The notes below the pieces were generated by a model. It searched no databases and was not told the DNA's origin. It was given only the letters and a program-made list of their open reading frames with translations. Below, one piece after another: positions 46,591-61,229 of a DNA stretch of 64,000 bases. The stretch's first letter is position 1; each line of letters begins with the position of its first letter. This DNA comes from Octopus sinensis (Eukaryota): the NCBI RefSeq assembly GCF_006345805.1, contig NW_021832230.1, positions 215,003 through 279,002 of the forward strand, in the 5' to 3' direction. Made by a program: the position numbers and the translations under genes.

Positions 46591-48274
46591 TTATTCAAGT
46601 GGAGGTGGTTCAGAATTGTCGTTATAATCGTTTTTTTCAACTTTTTTGGTGTTTGGAGTTGAATGCGACGTTATGCTAACAATGTCATTCAATGAAACAG
46701 ATTGAGATTTGTATGTCGTGATATTTTTTGGCTCAATTTTTCTATTTTCATAGTTAATACTTTAATTTAAATATTTTTTTAAAACTAAATTCTTACTTTG
46801 TGATATTATTCAACTTGTTATTGTTTTCTCTTGAACTTTTAGTTATGATATTTTCGCACTTACGAAATATTCAGAATTGAAAATTACTTTGGGCATAGTT
46901 ATACTAAGATACCCGGATGTTTTTGAACGCTGACATGTTGATCGAGTTTGAGAAATTTCCATTCCCAAAGAAAGCTGAAATACCTATTCAAAAATATAAG
47001 AATACAATATCATAAAAAACCTTTCCTTTAATTAAAACACGGACATATTTTGGCTGGATGTCCACATTAATTAATGAACTATCCAGATACCTTTTTGTTC
47101 GATTAGTCATTAAAAATATTACTTGTATAATTTCATATCAAGGATAAAACAGTTGTCATCATCTGTCAGTTTAAAGTCAATTCTTAAAATAATATGGATA
47201 CAATTTGTTTACTTGGATTCGTTTATGTTCATAGGTCGACCGTCAGGCATAAAATATGAGCGGGGTCGTTTTTCCTTTATTTTATGTTCTAAATCTTAAT
47301 CACAGATATTCAATGTACATTACCATTTGCTTTTTCTTTATCTTTTTGAATTTGTTGATGAATTCGAATTCGAGATTCCGGTGTATATTCTTCTTTTTCT
47401 TCATTACTTCTAAAAATATTTGTTATTATAAATTACTCTGAATTTATAAATGGCCTCACTTCTTTGCAATCAGATTTACTATTTAAATTAGACTCTAGAT
47501 TTTTTTTACCTTTTCTCTTTCTCTTTTTGCAAATTCTAAAAATGTAATTAAATTATACTCTTTTTTGAAAATATATATTTTGTTGTTTGTTTATAAGTTT
47601 TGAAATTTCTTCATTGTCCTATTATTCAATTTTATGAAACACCTGAATTGCTTTAATGCGTTCAGATTTTTCAATTTGAACACCATCAAGTGTCTGTCCA
47701 ATCAGATATTATTGAATATACTTTTAATCTCCTTAAAGTTGATATCACATAACTTTTATAACCTTCATAATCTGTGCATGGGTTGCCCATTAAATATCTT
47801 AAATCGTGTTCATAAAATATTACAATTCTTCAAAATGTTCGAGATCTTGTAAGATTTTTATACTTGTGAGTTCTCCGACAAAATTAATAGTAAGATCAAG
47901 TTTAACAAGAGATTCACAACCTATATATTTTTTTATAAATACCTTCTAGATTTTCAATTTTTTCAATGTTATTTAAAGCTAAATTTAAATATTCGAGATT
48001 TTTTAATCTTGCAACATTTTCTAAAAGTAATGTTTATGTTAAAACCAATTTTTGATATCAAGTTATTCTGTAAATATAATATTTTTAGTTTTTTACACCA
48101 CCTATCGATATTTTCAATTCTATATAAATTAATAGTATTTTTACTTTTCTATATCAAATTGATGAAGCGAAATTTCTTCCAAAGTATATATTTCTTTTTC
48201 ATTGTGTTCCGCGCGTTTTCGGATCAATTCCTCGGTAACTTAAAACGTTGCCAATAAAAAACAAAACTTCGCAT
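46591..48274 (-). CDS. DNAAF11: DNAAF11/LRRC6, copy 2
   Basis: Same exon structure as copy 1, with scattered substitutions. Confidence 0.9.
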
Positions 48275-48409
48275 TTATTGTCGCCAAGAAATAATAATAA
48301 ATTTTTTTTGATTTTTATATAAAGTATTCTTATGTATTTTTTTTGGAAAGATTATTAATTTTTTGGTGAAAAATTAGTTGTAGTTAAATACCAAAAGGTA
48401 GTTGAGAAA

Positions 48410-49230
48410 GCCTGCTGCCAAGATCGAAAACGAGTTTTCTTGGAGTATGGCTATTAAAATCCTTTTTCCTAGCCATTATCTTTCTCGTTGATCCCTCTCC
48501 TTTCTGGCAAGCATTCCTCCGAGTTTCTGCAAGAACTCAGCAGTCATTGGACAATAACTCGACCGCAAAAGGAGGTAAATCGTTGGCAGTCCCCAAGCAA
48601 GGAATATTTCTTGATTTTTAAGTTTTCCGCGATCGAAACAGCTGCTCCAAGTGCCTGAACCGATTTAAGGAGGCTCGTGCTTGAATACGTATCAACACAA
48701 GTTTCATCCCAGACCAAGGATCTTCCAGATGTGAAAGGGAAAACGGTTCATCAACTCTCTTTCCACCTCCTAGATCGAGACCCATTCGTTCATGTTGTGC
48801 TGGGAAGCCTGTAGATTTCAGAGCTCTGAAGATCACACGTTCAGAGCAGCGTGGCGTGGTCGTCTTCCAGCGCTTCTCTGTAAGCGCTTCTCCTTCCCAT
48901 CAACTGTCTTCCCGTATTGGCATCCGTTCTTCTGACAAACGTCTAGTCCTAGCCTTTGTCCGATTCCAATTTTCAATGAATCGTCGTTTAAAAAACTCCA
49001 GAGGTTTTGACAAGGTATTGCACCAAGCCATGGTACATTCCCTCCACTTGTAGCTGACACCAAACAAGCAAGAAGCTGTTGATATTTTTCTTTTTAAGGT
49101 CTTCCAAAATTTTGAAGGAGACGAATATTTTCTCAATTATTTTGTTTTGTTGCATTTTTGGAAATTTTGAGTTCGGACCCGTTCCATTGCTTTTAACCAA
49201 GTTCGTAGAAGCGGACGTTGATTAGTGACT
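48410..49230 (-). mobile_element. CRE-clade fragment (copy of 8612-9420)
   Basis: WLGAIPC...RSAGRRPRHAALNV.. IFRALKSTGFPAQHE. Confidence 0.8.
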
Positions 49231-49430
49231 CAACAGTCTGTTCGCAAGATTTATCTATCAAAAGTAGACTATCTTATTGTTCGTAGCAAGGTGAACAACG
49301 AAGTGGTTAGACAAAAATGCTTTCAACAAAAAATTAAATTTAAGATTTATTAAAAAATAAATAACAATAAAAATTCAAAATATTTATATGCATGCAAAAT
49401 TAAATTATAATTTAAAGAATAAATAATTAA

Positions 49431-51135
49431 TCATGAATTGTCAAATGACAAAAAATAGCTCCTCCTGCTTAAAATACGATTATTCGGAAATGTAGCAAGC
49501 CATTCAAATGCTATCTAAATTTCAAAAAAAATATAATTACAGAATTAAGTTTATTAAAATCATAGTGTCGGTTTCCCAATTCTTGGAGAGCGAGTCGAAT
49601 CTCAATTGACGAATTAAGTGAAAGAAGGCTTTCTTCATTATACTTTAAAAAGGCAATTGCAAATCGGAATATAATCTGCGAATTAAATTTTTTAAGAACA
49701 TGCCTTCTCTCCTTCAAAAAGAAGGCAGTCCCAGATATGTGACAGAATATCAGTAGAAAAAAATCCAGTGAATAATGTAAGAAACCATCCTGTTGAAAAT
49801 TCGTCGATTGAGACATCAAATTTTTTAAAATGTTTTTCTAAATTAGAACATCTACTGGCAAAAATCTCTCCCAAGATTTTCTGCATTTAACATTCATAGA
49901 TCATTGTCACTACCTGATTTGCCACAATATTCTCAAGTTTGTTTCCAAAATAGTTTTGAGGGAGGATTTTATCCACAAGTAATACCAGAGTAAAGAACAC
50001 ATCTTCCTCACATAAAAATTTTAATAAGAAAGCAACAATGAAATTTACTCCCTGGTTTAAATTATACTTAGTTTACCTGACAGTAACCATCTGACTTTTT
50101 ATACAGCGAAAATACATAGAGAACTTTTCTAAGCGATGAATGATTAAGAGGAGTCCCGACAGTGCTTTCATTAAGTTTAGTTCGATAGATATCTTTTTCA
50201 ATCTTGATAAATAATTAAAATTTGGCATTACATCCTTAAAAGCCACTGAATTATATTTTCCACTTTCAATTTCTTTGCAAAACCCCACATAACACATGTG
50301 AGAAATCCCTCGGTCCCAGATATCTAATCTAAGATGTACTAATCTATCTTTTTAAACAACCAATTAACCTTTTCCAGAGTAAGCCTCGATATTCCGAAGG
50401 AACGCCACGTCTTATGGAAAATTTGATTTCAAAGTCGCTAAAAATTACAACATCGGTCAATTTCTCGAGTAGATTAACCCAAATACTATGCAGTTCGTAG
50501 CTATTTTTCTAAGAAAACATTCTTGTTTATACAAACTTTGTCGATTCTTCTCTGACTTTTGAATAAATTTGATATTCTGGAAGATCTCTGGTTATTTTCT
50601 TTGGTATTAGTGGGACTTGATTCGTTATCAAATGTGGTTTCTTCAATTGATAAATCAGTGCGAATCGGCCATTTCAAATTAATCTTAATGCAATTCAGGA
50701 GTTCTTCAGAAAGAAAATCCTTTAAAAAATTATGTCAGTTATGTTTTTATTCAATGTGGTCTTTGTGGTTTCAGTTCCGAATAACTAAAATGTTATGGCC
50801 TGAGCGATTAGCAACCTTCATTCTAAAATTGCATAGTTTAACGAGAACTCTGCGCATTCTTGGACTATCAATGCATCCAAGGGTCCATTGAGTTTTGTTA
50901 TTTCTAATTTGATAATAAAACAAAAAATTTACATTATAATGAAACTTAATTCTTCTGAAGGAATGAGAATGAAATATATATTTAATGGAAAATCATAAAC
51001 AACACAATTATCAGCCCGTGTATAACTTAAACGGTGATTTGTATTATCTATGTAAAAATTGAAGTAATCGTTAGTTTGAGAAGGATAAATCAATTTCATA
51101 TAATCAAGCAAATCATCAGGTGAGCTCATTATCAT
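49431..51135 (-). CDS. TBC1D2-like RabGAP, copy 2 (apparent 1-nt deletion at ~50730)
   Basis: Near-identical to copy 1; AAAAAATTATG versus AAAAAATTTATG removes the 84-aa ORF seen in copy 1. Confidence 0.75.
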
Positions 51136-52630
51136 ACATTATGTTATTCATTTTTCTATAAATAATATAAACTAAGAATTAATTAAAACTAATAATTTTA
51201 ATTTAAATTGGATTTCTTTGGGAGAGATCAACTGAGATAATCTTAAGGAACACAGTACAAGGGAGTCTTAATTAACTTTATGTTTTTTTGGGACTGTCAA
51301 ATAATTTTCGTGGTTATAGTAAGAGGTTATGCCCTGGCTATCCGCAAATAACCAAACTGATCCAATGACCTTTTCTTTTTGAATTTAAATTGGATTAAAA
51401 TTGAGACCCGACAAGATGATAACCTTTCCCTTTCAAAGAGGAAATTGTCTAGTCTGGGACGTCATATACGTAAACTCTTATTTTGACCATTTTGAAAATT
51501 GAAATTTTTAACAAAAAAATCAACTTTACAAAATAAAGAATTTAAAATTTTTATTATAATTGAAAGATATGAACATATCAATCAAATGTTATATATGACA
51601 AAAGCTTATAGAAGTGACATAAAACAAACTACGATTATGGTTTGACAAATTTCTAGCCCATGAAGCGGACTCATTATATTACAAGTAACTGGAAATTGAT
51701 TATAATATAATAAAAGACAGCTACTTTAAAAAACAGAATATGAGATGAAGACCTAGAGTTATTTCAATAGTGTATATCAACGAGAATGATTTCTTTGAAA
51801 TGTAGCCAACTTAAGTAGAGACAAAAAACAAAGTATCCAATGAGACAAGTAAATATTATCCTTGCTGTTTATAGAAAAGTATTTGAAAATAATTTTGAAA
51901 AGCAAAAAAATAATGATTTTTATTGTAAGTCAATACTTTTGCCGACAGAGTTGTCTCTTTATTAGAATTTTACATTTCTTTATTTAGTGTTTATGCCTCT
52001 AAAATTATTTATTAACGAATCGATAAATTAAATCTCAAAATTTTAAAACTAATGAAAAGTTTTTGACACTCTCCCTACAATTCTGGGATCACTTAGTATT
52101 TTTTTATTGGCATTTCAACCCGCTTATCCTAGATAAAATAATAAAAATTACTACCAGAGAATCGACTTTGAACTTACAGATACCCACTTAGCTTAAAATA
52201 ATAAAATTATTTTTTTGAGTAACATCATTTAATATAGAATTGTTTTACGTTTCCCAATTCTTGCACAGATCAAAAAGAAATTATTATCAAACGCAATTAG
52301 TAACATGAAATTGCAGTAAAAAAATAAACAAGCATTGTGGTCGTTTCTAAGAGGCCTAATCAGATTTTTGTACACTTTTACTTGAGTTGCCAAGGTGTCC
52401 AGGAATGGCGAAACAAAAAGTTACAATTTTAAAAAGAATATCAAAAAACGTATAGAATACTACAATATTAGTGAACTATAAAAACAGTATAAATTTATAC
52501 AAAGTTTGAGAATTCACAATTTAGTGTGGTTTTATCAACGATCGCGAATAAAACATTAGAAAGAAGTAGTAGAATAAAAAATAAAAACACAATAAAAATT
52601 AATATTAACACAGCTAGAAATTAAATAAAT

Positions 52631-54113
52631 TCATGTAGCTTTGCTGTATATCGCGTGCGTGCATAGATAAAATCCTTGGGTCCGAAAAATATTTTTTAAT
52701 ATAGTCTTGCAATTCGATTCCAACCATTATAACGAGCTTAAAATTAAAAAGAAACAATTCACCTCAACCCAACAAGGCGACTCGGTAATATACTTTCGTA
52801 GGTAATCGCCTCCCCATCCTTTATTAAAGCTAACTTTCACCTCGCACATTTCTCTCTTTAATGAATGAATATTTTGAATATCTTCGCCTATCGTCATTAA
52901 TTAGAAATACAAACTTTTGCAACTGAAGAGTTCATCAAGAATAATATCGAACAACCTTCTTAAGTTAAAAATCTACCCACTATGAAAAACCAGTTTATTT
53001 ACCTCAATCCATGTTTTTGGAAACAACTTAAAAATGTCATTCCTCGACTCCATAAGCTCCCCTTTCAAAAACATTGGGATAGTCGCACGAGATCCAAGAT
53101 TCATGGTATCAAATTGATTCCTCTGAACCTCAAAACCACTTCCCACAAACTTACTGAACTTTATAAAGACATGTTAAAATACCGTGACTTGATCGAACTG
53201 GAAGATCGCCTGTCATTCATAATCTTACCAATAGAAAATCGCCAAGGACGAGCACAATTTGCGTATCCGTCGACGGTAAAGATTTGGGATTCAAATTCAG
53301 CGTCGTAATAATCTCCAAAATGAGTGTCATACTCGTAATAGTAGACTCGACACCATGACTTTTTGTCTAAAACATATAAGTCTTGTCTAACATGAATCCC
53401 TGATCTGATGATAAATATCGTACAAATCGCCAAACAGAGGATTTGACTGATGTTTCCAAGATTTAGGGATGTAGGATTTGAGTTCGGAGTAAGGCTGACT
53501 ATAATATGCCATTTCATTAGAATTGTAGCTTTGTCGTGGATTGAAAGGAGGTGGTTGAGGTTGTAGATAAAACTCCTTATTCAATCTAACAGCCTCATCC
53601 AAAGACCTCTTTTTTGATACTTCAGGATGACTAATTGCAGGGTTAACTAACAATAGAACACGTGCAAACTACCACTGAAGCCATAAATAGAAGTAATACG
53701 ATCATAATGATAGGGATTCACACATATGTTGTCGAGTTTGAGGTCAAATGGGTAATTGCAATGAATTTTATGTCTGAGTTCACCTCTTTGTAGATCAGGC
53801 CAGCGGAATATCTTTGCGAACATTATATGGGGAAAGCCTTTCTTTCCGTTAACCTAAAATGAGTCTGCGAAATAATAAACTTGGAGTCTCCCGTCGAGTG
53901 TTCGTGGAATGGGGACACAGCCATTAGATTTTGTCCCATTACTGATGATGGCGTTGTAAAAATTATTCAAAATGTCATCATCATCTTTCAGTTTTTTCAA
54001 AAGACTCTCCAGAGATCTTCTGGCTGATCCAAATCATCGGTGGAAGGAATTTTAGCCATGAGTTCATTGATGATTAAGTGCTGACGTTCGTTCCAATTAG
54101 ATTTATGATTCAT
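52631..54113 (-). CDS. SMAD4: SMAD4-like, copy 2 (frameshifts at ~54024 and ~52655)
   Basis: Paralogue of 12819-14298; CTGGCTGATC versus CTGGCATGATC in MH1, and a 4-bp GCGT duplication in the last exon. Confidence 0.8.
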
Positions 54114-54579
54114 TCACCTAATAAATGTAATTTTAGAGTTTTATGTTGTAATTTTCAATTTAATAAAGAATATACAAGGTGAAAGTTTGGCAACGAACAA
54201 ACATAAAATAAAATTGAATACAAATTTTAAATAAAATATAATATAAATTAATAAATAAAAATTATTAAAAATAAATATATTTCAAACAAGGTTAATAATA
54301 TAAGGATTTTTATCAATTCTATTTTTTTAAATCAAACGAGTTTATTATTATTAAATTCTTTTATTCAGTTTTTTGAGAAAAGTGTCAATTGACTAATAGA
54401 CGGCTGTTAGTTGATGTCGTCAAATTGATTTTCCCATTTATTTATCCTTAAAAAATCAATTAATTTGTCAATAATTCAGAGAGGTTTACAGATTAAAATT
54501 AATTAATCTTGAAATTTTATTTTACAGCAAATACAAAAGTAATCCTGAGTTTCAATTTTTTCATTTTATATTTAAAAAT

Positions 54580-54916
54580 TCATCATTGGCTAATTTCGTT
54601 ATCGTTCCCCTGCCCGTGAGGCAACGAGTACTCTGGCACGACACAGTTGAAATGGGGATCTCTTATCTTCGGTCTTAGCGTGGCGTTATGGGTCACAATG
54701 TCAGTGGAATTCCAATCGGACATGGCAACGCTCAGGAGGCTCTTAATGCTACCGAAAGAGGACTTCTAGCTCTCAGACCCTGGGACAATCGTCGTCTCAG
54801 GCGATCATGGGGGCAGGATCGAACCTTTCAGAAGGATCTCCCTCGTTTGGATCGGCGATCACGGGAATAACTATAATTAACTGCTTTGCCCGGTTTGGTC
54901 TTTATAAATAAATAAA
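54580..54916 (+). mobile_element. Retroposon insertion specific to copy 2 (337 bp, (TAAA)n tail, TSD TAAAAAT)
   Basis: Copy 1 has the empty site ATTTAAAAATGATAATC at ~14756; copy 2 has TAAAAAT at 54573-79 and 54917-23. Confidence 0.88.
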
Positions 54917-55214
54917 TAAAAATGATAATCATTACTTATCAATTTCATTATAATTAGTTCGCCATGATTTATACGTTTATCAATCTCTAGCTAACTCTTA
55001 AAATTGTAATAATTTTGATTTGTTAGGCTCTCGTCGTATTATAATCAATACCAGATTAATCGCATTAACATATACTTTTAATTACTCTAATTTGAATATC
55101 AACAAAAGATTTGATTACAGGCAATAACTAACGAGTATAATGTCTGGAAATGAAAATTTAGTTTACGATTAAAAAAATCATCGATTTATCAATTATAAGT
55201 TTAAACACAATTAG

Positions 55215-55400
55215 AATGAGGCGCTGCGAGACTGATTCGCCTTCTATCCGATTTCACTTCCTAGAGAAGCTTGAAAGCTTAGCCACATTAAAAAGCCCCG
55301 ACACACGTGAGACCCGGTGGCTTCTCCAGTTGATCTCTGTTGCTATCGTCCGAGGCAACGCAACGTCAATAATGTTGGCAGGGTGCACTTCGGCTAATTA
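55215..55400 (+). mobile_element. CRE-clade 3' fragment (copy of 15065-15252)
   Basis: ETRWLLQLISVAIVRGNATSIMLAGC. Confidence 0.75.
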
Positions 55401-56209
55401 GGGTAGGTCCCTTCAAGCCTGTGACAAATATTTTTTTAATTATATTAATTACAGAAAGTTTCTTAGGATAGAAAAATCATCTTGGAGCAAAGACTTATCC
55501 GAAAATCAATATATTATTTAAACACTTCATATCAAATTATAATTTAGCTGCCAAGAAAGAAACGTGTGACTTTCACAAGATTTCGCTGCGGACATCACCC
55601 CTGCCTTGGACGCGATTTCATAATAAAAAACCAGACAAAAGGCCCTGCCAGGTGTGCAACCTCTACCTGATCTCCTTCCACCACTTGTTTTCTTGTCCTG
55701 GACCAGCGGAAATTTTGCTAACATGAGCACCGCTTCGGGATCTCTTGGAGCGACCGGCCAGACTGTGCGTCGCGTAATAGCCGCTGGCTTCCTGCATGTC
55801 GAGCAGTTTGGAGAAACTGACTAACCAACTAATTTATCTACACTTGCAAAACATGAGACATTAACTGTTGATTATAACAACAAAAAATCATTGAGTTCAG
55901 TCCCTTTCATCCCAAAGTCATTCAGCCAAATACAACAAAAATAAAGCGGATTATTCAAACTACGAAAATATTTTTAAGAATAATAATAAAATATCGACCA
56001 GGCACGAGACGTTCCAAGTCAGGTACTTTCCCCTTTTAAACGAACAGGGCGCCATCCAGTCGGCTTTTCTGCCATTCCTTAAAAAGATCCCCGTAGGTTC
56101 CAGTTTAGAGTAGAATACAGAAGCGAAATCCAGAATATAATTTCTTAGAATTTTATTATTCTATTTGAATACAATAAAGATAAAGTTAGTTAAAATTCCA
56201 AACAAAAAA

Positions 56210-56740
56210 TTAAATATCTCTAGTTCATTTTTATTACTAGAAAGTCCAACGACATCCTTTGCGTTGTCAATGACCGTAGATCTATGTTTACTTTAATATA
56301 ATAAGGATAACGTGTATTCACTCACGGATTTTCCTATACTGCCAATATAGTCGTAAGCAGTCGAGACCCTATTTAATAACGAGTGGATATTTCACATTGG
56401 ATTTGACTGTATTTTTTTGACTGTTTCAGAGTTGGATATTGAACTTTGAATCTGATTGATAGTTTTGTTTGTTTTAGCATATCTAGAAAATAGGATTAAG
56501 TTCATTACAATGTTGAATCCTTGATGGTCTGTAATTGGTCTTTTAGATCAGTTTTGATTAGACCGAGGGTTGGTAAGTTTAGACGTTCTCTTAGTGCACT
56601 TGCTTCCGATTTCTTATCAGAAAGGAGCTTCTTTAAATCTTCTATTTCTTGCTCTAATACAGCTAACTAAGCATATTATATTATTACGCATTTACTGTTC
56701 TTTCATCTTCTGTATCGTGCATATCAGTGTAGCTTGACAT
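56210..56740 (-). CDS. TPD52: TPD52-like, copy 2
   Basis: Paralogue of 16681-17212; 1-nt deletion a few codons before the stop. Confidence 0.75.
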
Positions 56741-57092
56741 TGTAAACAATTACACAACAAAGCAGCAATAATTAAAAGAATCTACTAATTTATTAAAGAG
56801 ATTTTAAAAAAGCAAAATTATTTTATATATTAAAATAATTCTTAGAAAGTTCCGATATAGCAAACTTTTTAATTTCAAAGCACATAGATTTCTTCTCACA
56901 AAGATTTCTATTTTAGTTAGTTTATTTTAAATGCTTCCTCAAAATAGAAATCGGAAATCAAGTGTTTGCGTTAAATTAGAAATATACGTACGTTATATTC
57001 CAAATCTTTTTTAAGAGTAAAATTAGAAATTATTATATAGCACTAACGGAAAATCATAAATTTAATTAAGTTTTCCTTGTGCCATAGTATCC

Positions 57093-57320
57093 TCACACAC
57101 ATCCGTTTCCAAGCCCCCTGTTCTTTGCTATAGTCCGTAATGAATCAAGATCGTCCCCACTTTTCAGTCTTTTGTTTACTTCTGTCAAGTCTTCGTTTAA
57201 CGCGGTAGGTAAAGTTGCTCTAGGTCTTCCACGGAAAGCTCTTTTGGATTGGGCATAATATCCTGAATTTGGAATTTTTGGTTCTTCGAAAATTTTTGGC
57301 CTATTTGAGACTAAAATCAA
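57093..57320 (-). mobile_element. RTE-like 3' relic (copy)
   Basis: RGRPRATLPTALNEDL. Confidence 0.65.
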
Positions 57321-58165
57321 AATAAATTTTATCTCATTACAAACGTTTCTGGAAATAAAATTCGATTCCCATCTGTTTTTTTACATTAAATACACTTTCT
57401 TTATAACATCTGATTAGAGAAATCTACCAAAGCTTCATGTTTGTTTTTAATATCTTCGAGCAATTTATTTTCAATTGCAGTTTTCACGAAAATTGTGGTT
57501 TTTTAGAGTAAGTATCTTGTAATATTTATAAACAGAATAGTTTTTATGTTCAACTAAATCTATAGAATAAATAAGTTTATGTTTGTTAAAATACGTTTAA
57601 AAGATTTTATAATGAAAATCCATAGGCTGAACTAAGCCAGTACTATTCAGAAAAAACATAAGAAAAAACATGCTTTTAACTGTATTAAAAAAATCAATTT
57701 CCTGTAAAAATTTAGATTTTGATAAGTTTATGTTTGTTACAAAAATATTTCTTAGAAGATTTTTAAAGATGTGCTTATTATAAAAAAAGACAAAATAAGA
57801 GAAGTCAATTTTAAGGAAATCACTATTATAAAACTAATACACCATAAAAGGTCCACATCATTGCTTCACTGCCCAGGCATTTTCTTATCCTTATATTTAA
57901 TCTCGACAAGACAAAGAACTACCAACTCCCAGAGGATTCCAAAACCATAGATAAAAAAGAGATATTCGTATAGTAGAACTAAAAAATCTACAGATTTACA
58001 ATTCTCCATTTGAAAACGGAAACAATTTAGATTTCAATTCTACGTAGGAACAGCCAAGCAGTCCTCTTTGCAAATAAATGATTCTTCCCTTTCATTTTTT
58101 CTAATAAAAGCATTAACTAGAAATATTTTAATAAGAAACTCCCAACAAAATAATTCAGAATTATA

Positions 58166-60159
58166 CTAAATGGGCACAAATCGCGGGCCATAAATGAGAA
58201 TATAAGCAATATACCAATCTCCAGTACCACCCGACGTTTTAACGACGTCATCAAAGCAATGATTTGATAGTGTCGTATCATTCGCTTTGATCCAAACATC
58301 GTCTAATTATAAACACAAATCTATAACTCTCTCGTCTAATCCAGGCTACATAATGGCCAGAATTGGAAGTTCGTCCCATGTGAGTCACTACAGAGCGCAA
58401 TTGATACATTCCCGACGCATTTGACCCAAAATCTATAAAAATTATCAAATGATTATACCATCATCAAACCAATAAGGTTGATGCATGTCTGAATTAAATT
58501 TAATTGACGGGGATTCATCTTTAGAAACAAAATTCTTGTCAAAATTTTCAATTTTAGTTCGAAAAGGGATCATTTGACTTTGCAGATAAGGAGTGCATAA
58601 TGGGTAGAGATCCAATATTTTAGGAAAACCCACTTTTTTCAGAATCTTTGCATTAGTTTTAGTGTCTTCTTTATAATAAAATCGGTTAAACTGGACTATT
58701 AAATAAGCTGGCAGACGTTTTAAACGACTCTAGATAATTGTACTAACTAGAAAATACTATTCGAACATAATCTCTCTCTTCTTGATGTTTAGCTGAGAAA
58801 AAACGAAGATTGCTTTCCAATGTCTAAAATTGTAATTAGACAGTAGACACCATCTCAATTCCTTTTGTTAGATGGTCAACATTCCTTGTTATACCACAAG
58901 AGAGTTGGTATTCAACCTCCTCAGACATGAATTCCTCGTCATCATTCGAGGTTCTGTTTAACTTGATAAAAATAATACTTTGATTCTATTTCAATTCCAA
59001 AGAACATATGAATAAAGTTCTTGTCTTGTATTTTTTGACACTAAAATTTTATTTGATAAAAAATTTGTACGTCAATTTTTAAACCATCCTTTAGAACAGT
59101 CAGCATGTCATTTAAAAACTCTGCTGCATCCTTTTCAATAAAAAAACAAATAAAAGCAAACATGTTGTAAAAAATGCTGGGTCGTCATGTCCTTCTCAGC
59201 ATAGCGAGGAAACAATCGATGTAATTCAGCAATGAATAACTTTAACATAAAAACAGCCTCACCGCTGGTTGTACATATGAATAAATACCTCATTACTTAA
59301 AGTATTACAACACAAAATTACTTTCTAAAAGTTGATTATAAATATTTGATTCTTTAGGCTTGGTTTCACAAAAAAGCGACACTTCCTTGTAAATTAGAGG
59401 TAGCATTGGCAATTTTCCAACATTGAAAGAGAGGGCTTCAATTATTTCTGGAATAGCCCATAGGCACTGAAGAACAGAGTTAAGATAGCACGTATTGTCA
59501 TTATTTTCCAAGGGAATAACCTTATGGAACCATAGCGAGAAAAATTACCTCATGATGTCTATTTCTAAGTTTGTTGAATGCTAAATATGACGCACTGAAA
59601 TCTGATTTTTCTTCTGATGGAGGCGCTATTTTGGCAGGAGAATCACTTTTAGAATTAACAGTACACGGATTTAGTGGGGCAACATCTCCTGCCTGTCCGA
59701 GCAAAATAATCGTCTGCCCCTATATACAACAGTTTAGTTCAATAAAAATATTTTCTTTATAATAATCATAAGAAAAAAATAGCCAGGTAATTAGCGACTC
59801 TTAGATAGTTATTATTTTCAAATATTAGCATCTAATTAGTTAAAATTATAAATATTTAAATAAGTAGTGGTTTCTTACTTATGATGACACAAAATGCTTT
59901 TTAATGCTTACATCTATAACTTTGATATCCTCCCAATCATCCTATCAAGTTTTTTAAAATAATAATGATTACTTCAATAAGTTTTCCTTTAATAATAAGT
60001 TTCTGTCGTTCAACACACACATTGGTCAAAGTCATCAATTGTGCTTTGAATACTATTGTGGGCTCATCGGTGTCAAGCGTGATATTGTTAAATACTTGTG
60101 ATACCCATTTTACATTTACTAAAATTGTTACAAGTTAAAATACCTTTATATATTGGCAT
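58166..60159 (-). CDS. USP14: USP14, copy 2
   Basis: Same motifs as copy 1; 3' exons carry substitutions, 5' exons look identical. Confidence 0.94.
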
Positions 60160-60564
60160 TTGATTTGAATCTAGAATAAAGTATTAGAGTTAAAAAATAT
60201 AATCATACTTTAGAGACAAATTAAATAATACTGTACAACAAGAGAGCAATAACTCAATGACTTAAATATTAATTAAATGTCATTTTGTTTGAATAATAAT
60301 AAATTACACGATTTTATTACATAACTCTATTAAACAAATTAAATAATAAATGAAACCTGGATTAATGTTAAAAAATTTGTAATATATTCCGAGTAAAAAA
60401 ATGCTGGCTCTATCAATTGATATCGCTCGCGATACTACGTGAAAATTTCCTGTTCATCCACTCTGTGATTAATCTTTTCTCTTTTTTGTTTGACTTGACT
60501 AAATTAAAAATAAAGTAAAAAAAATACGACTGAAAACTTGTGTCCATAAAAATTGATTTGGACC

Positions 60565-61040
60565 ATTTAATTTATTATTATTATTTAAGCCAAACAAAAT
60601 CACCGTCTTAACCATTAACTAACACGTTCAGGTGATTCCGACACTTCTCAACAGTCGAGCCATCTTTTCACGATGTTCCGACCGTGACCCCACACACTTT
60701 CTGTATGTACGGTGAATGGTTTGTGGTCCATTTCCACGATCCCCCCATTTGCCTCTACGAGAGACTCCAGTGTTCTATGGACAATTTTCCTATCGGTATG
60801 GTCCTTCAGTAGGTTGATAGATCTTTCTTGAATTTTTTCGATTTTTAGTCGGTTCGTTGCCGTCAGGTTACAGCCCCAAACAGCACATGCATAGTCTATT
60901 GTTGGCTCGATATACTGCTTGTAAAGGGTCTCTACCCCTGGAGAAAAAGTTCTCCCACAGTTCCAAAGGAAGGCTTTTACAAAATTGATCTTCTTTATAC
61001 AGGTTGATACGATCGATTCTACGTGAGGTGAAAAACAGAG
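60565..61040 (-). mobile_element. I/Jockey-group 3' fragment (copy)
   Basis: Copy of 21485-21960. Confidence 0.68.
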
Positions 61041-61229
61041 GAAAGTAATTCCTTTAGTTAAAACATTAAACTAAGATTATGAAGAATTCCGGTAAACTGA
61101 CTGTATTTCTACTGCTATTTATTAAATTTTACACTTTTTGCTGTGCAACATGTATGGTATTAGACATTTCAGAAAGCTGCAAAGTCATAACCTGTAATCT
61201 GTGGTAGAGAACACTATACCATTTTCCAT

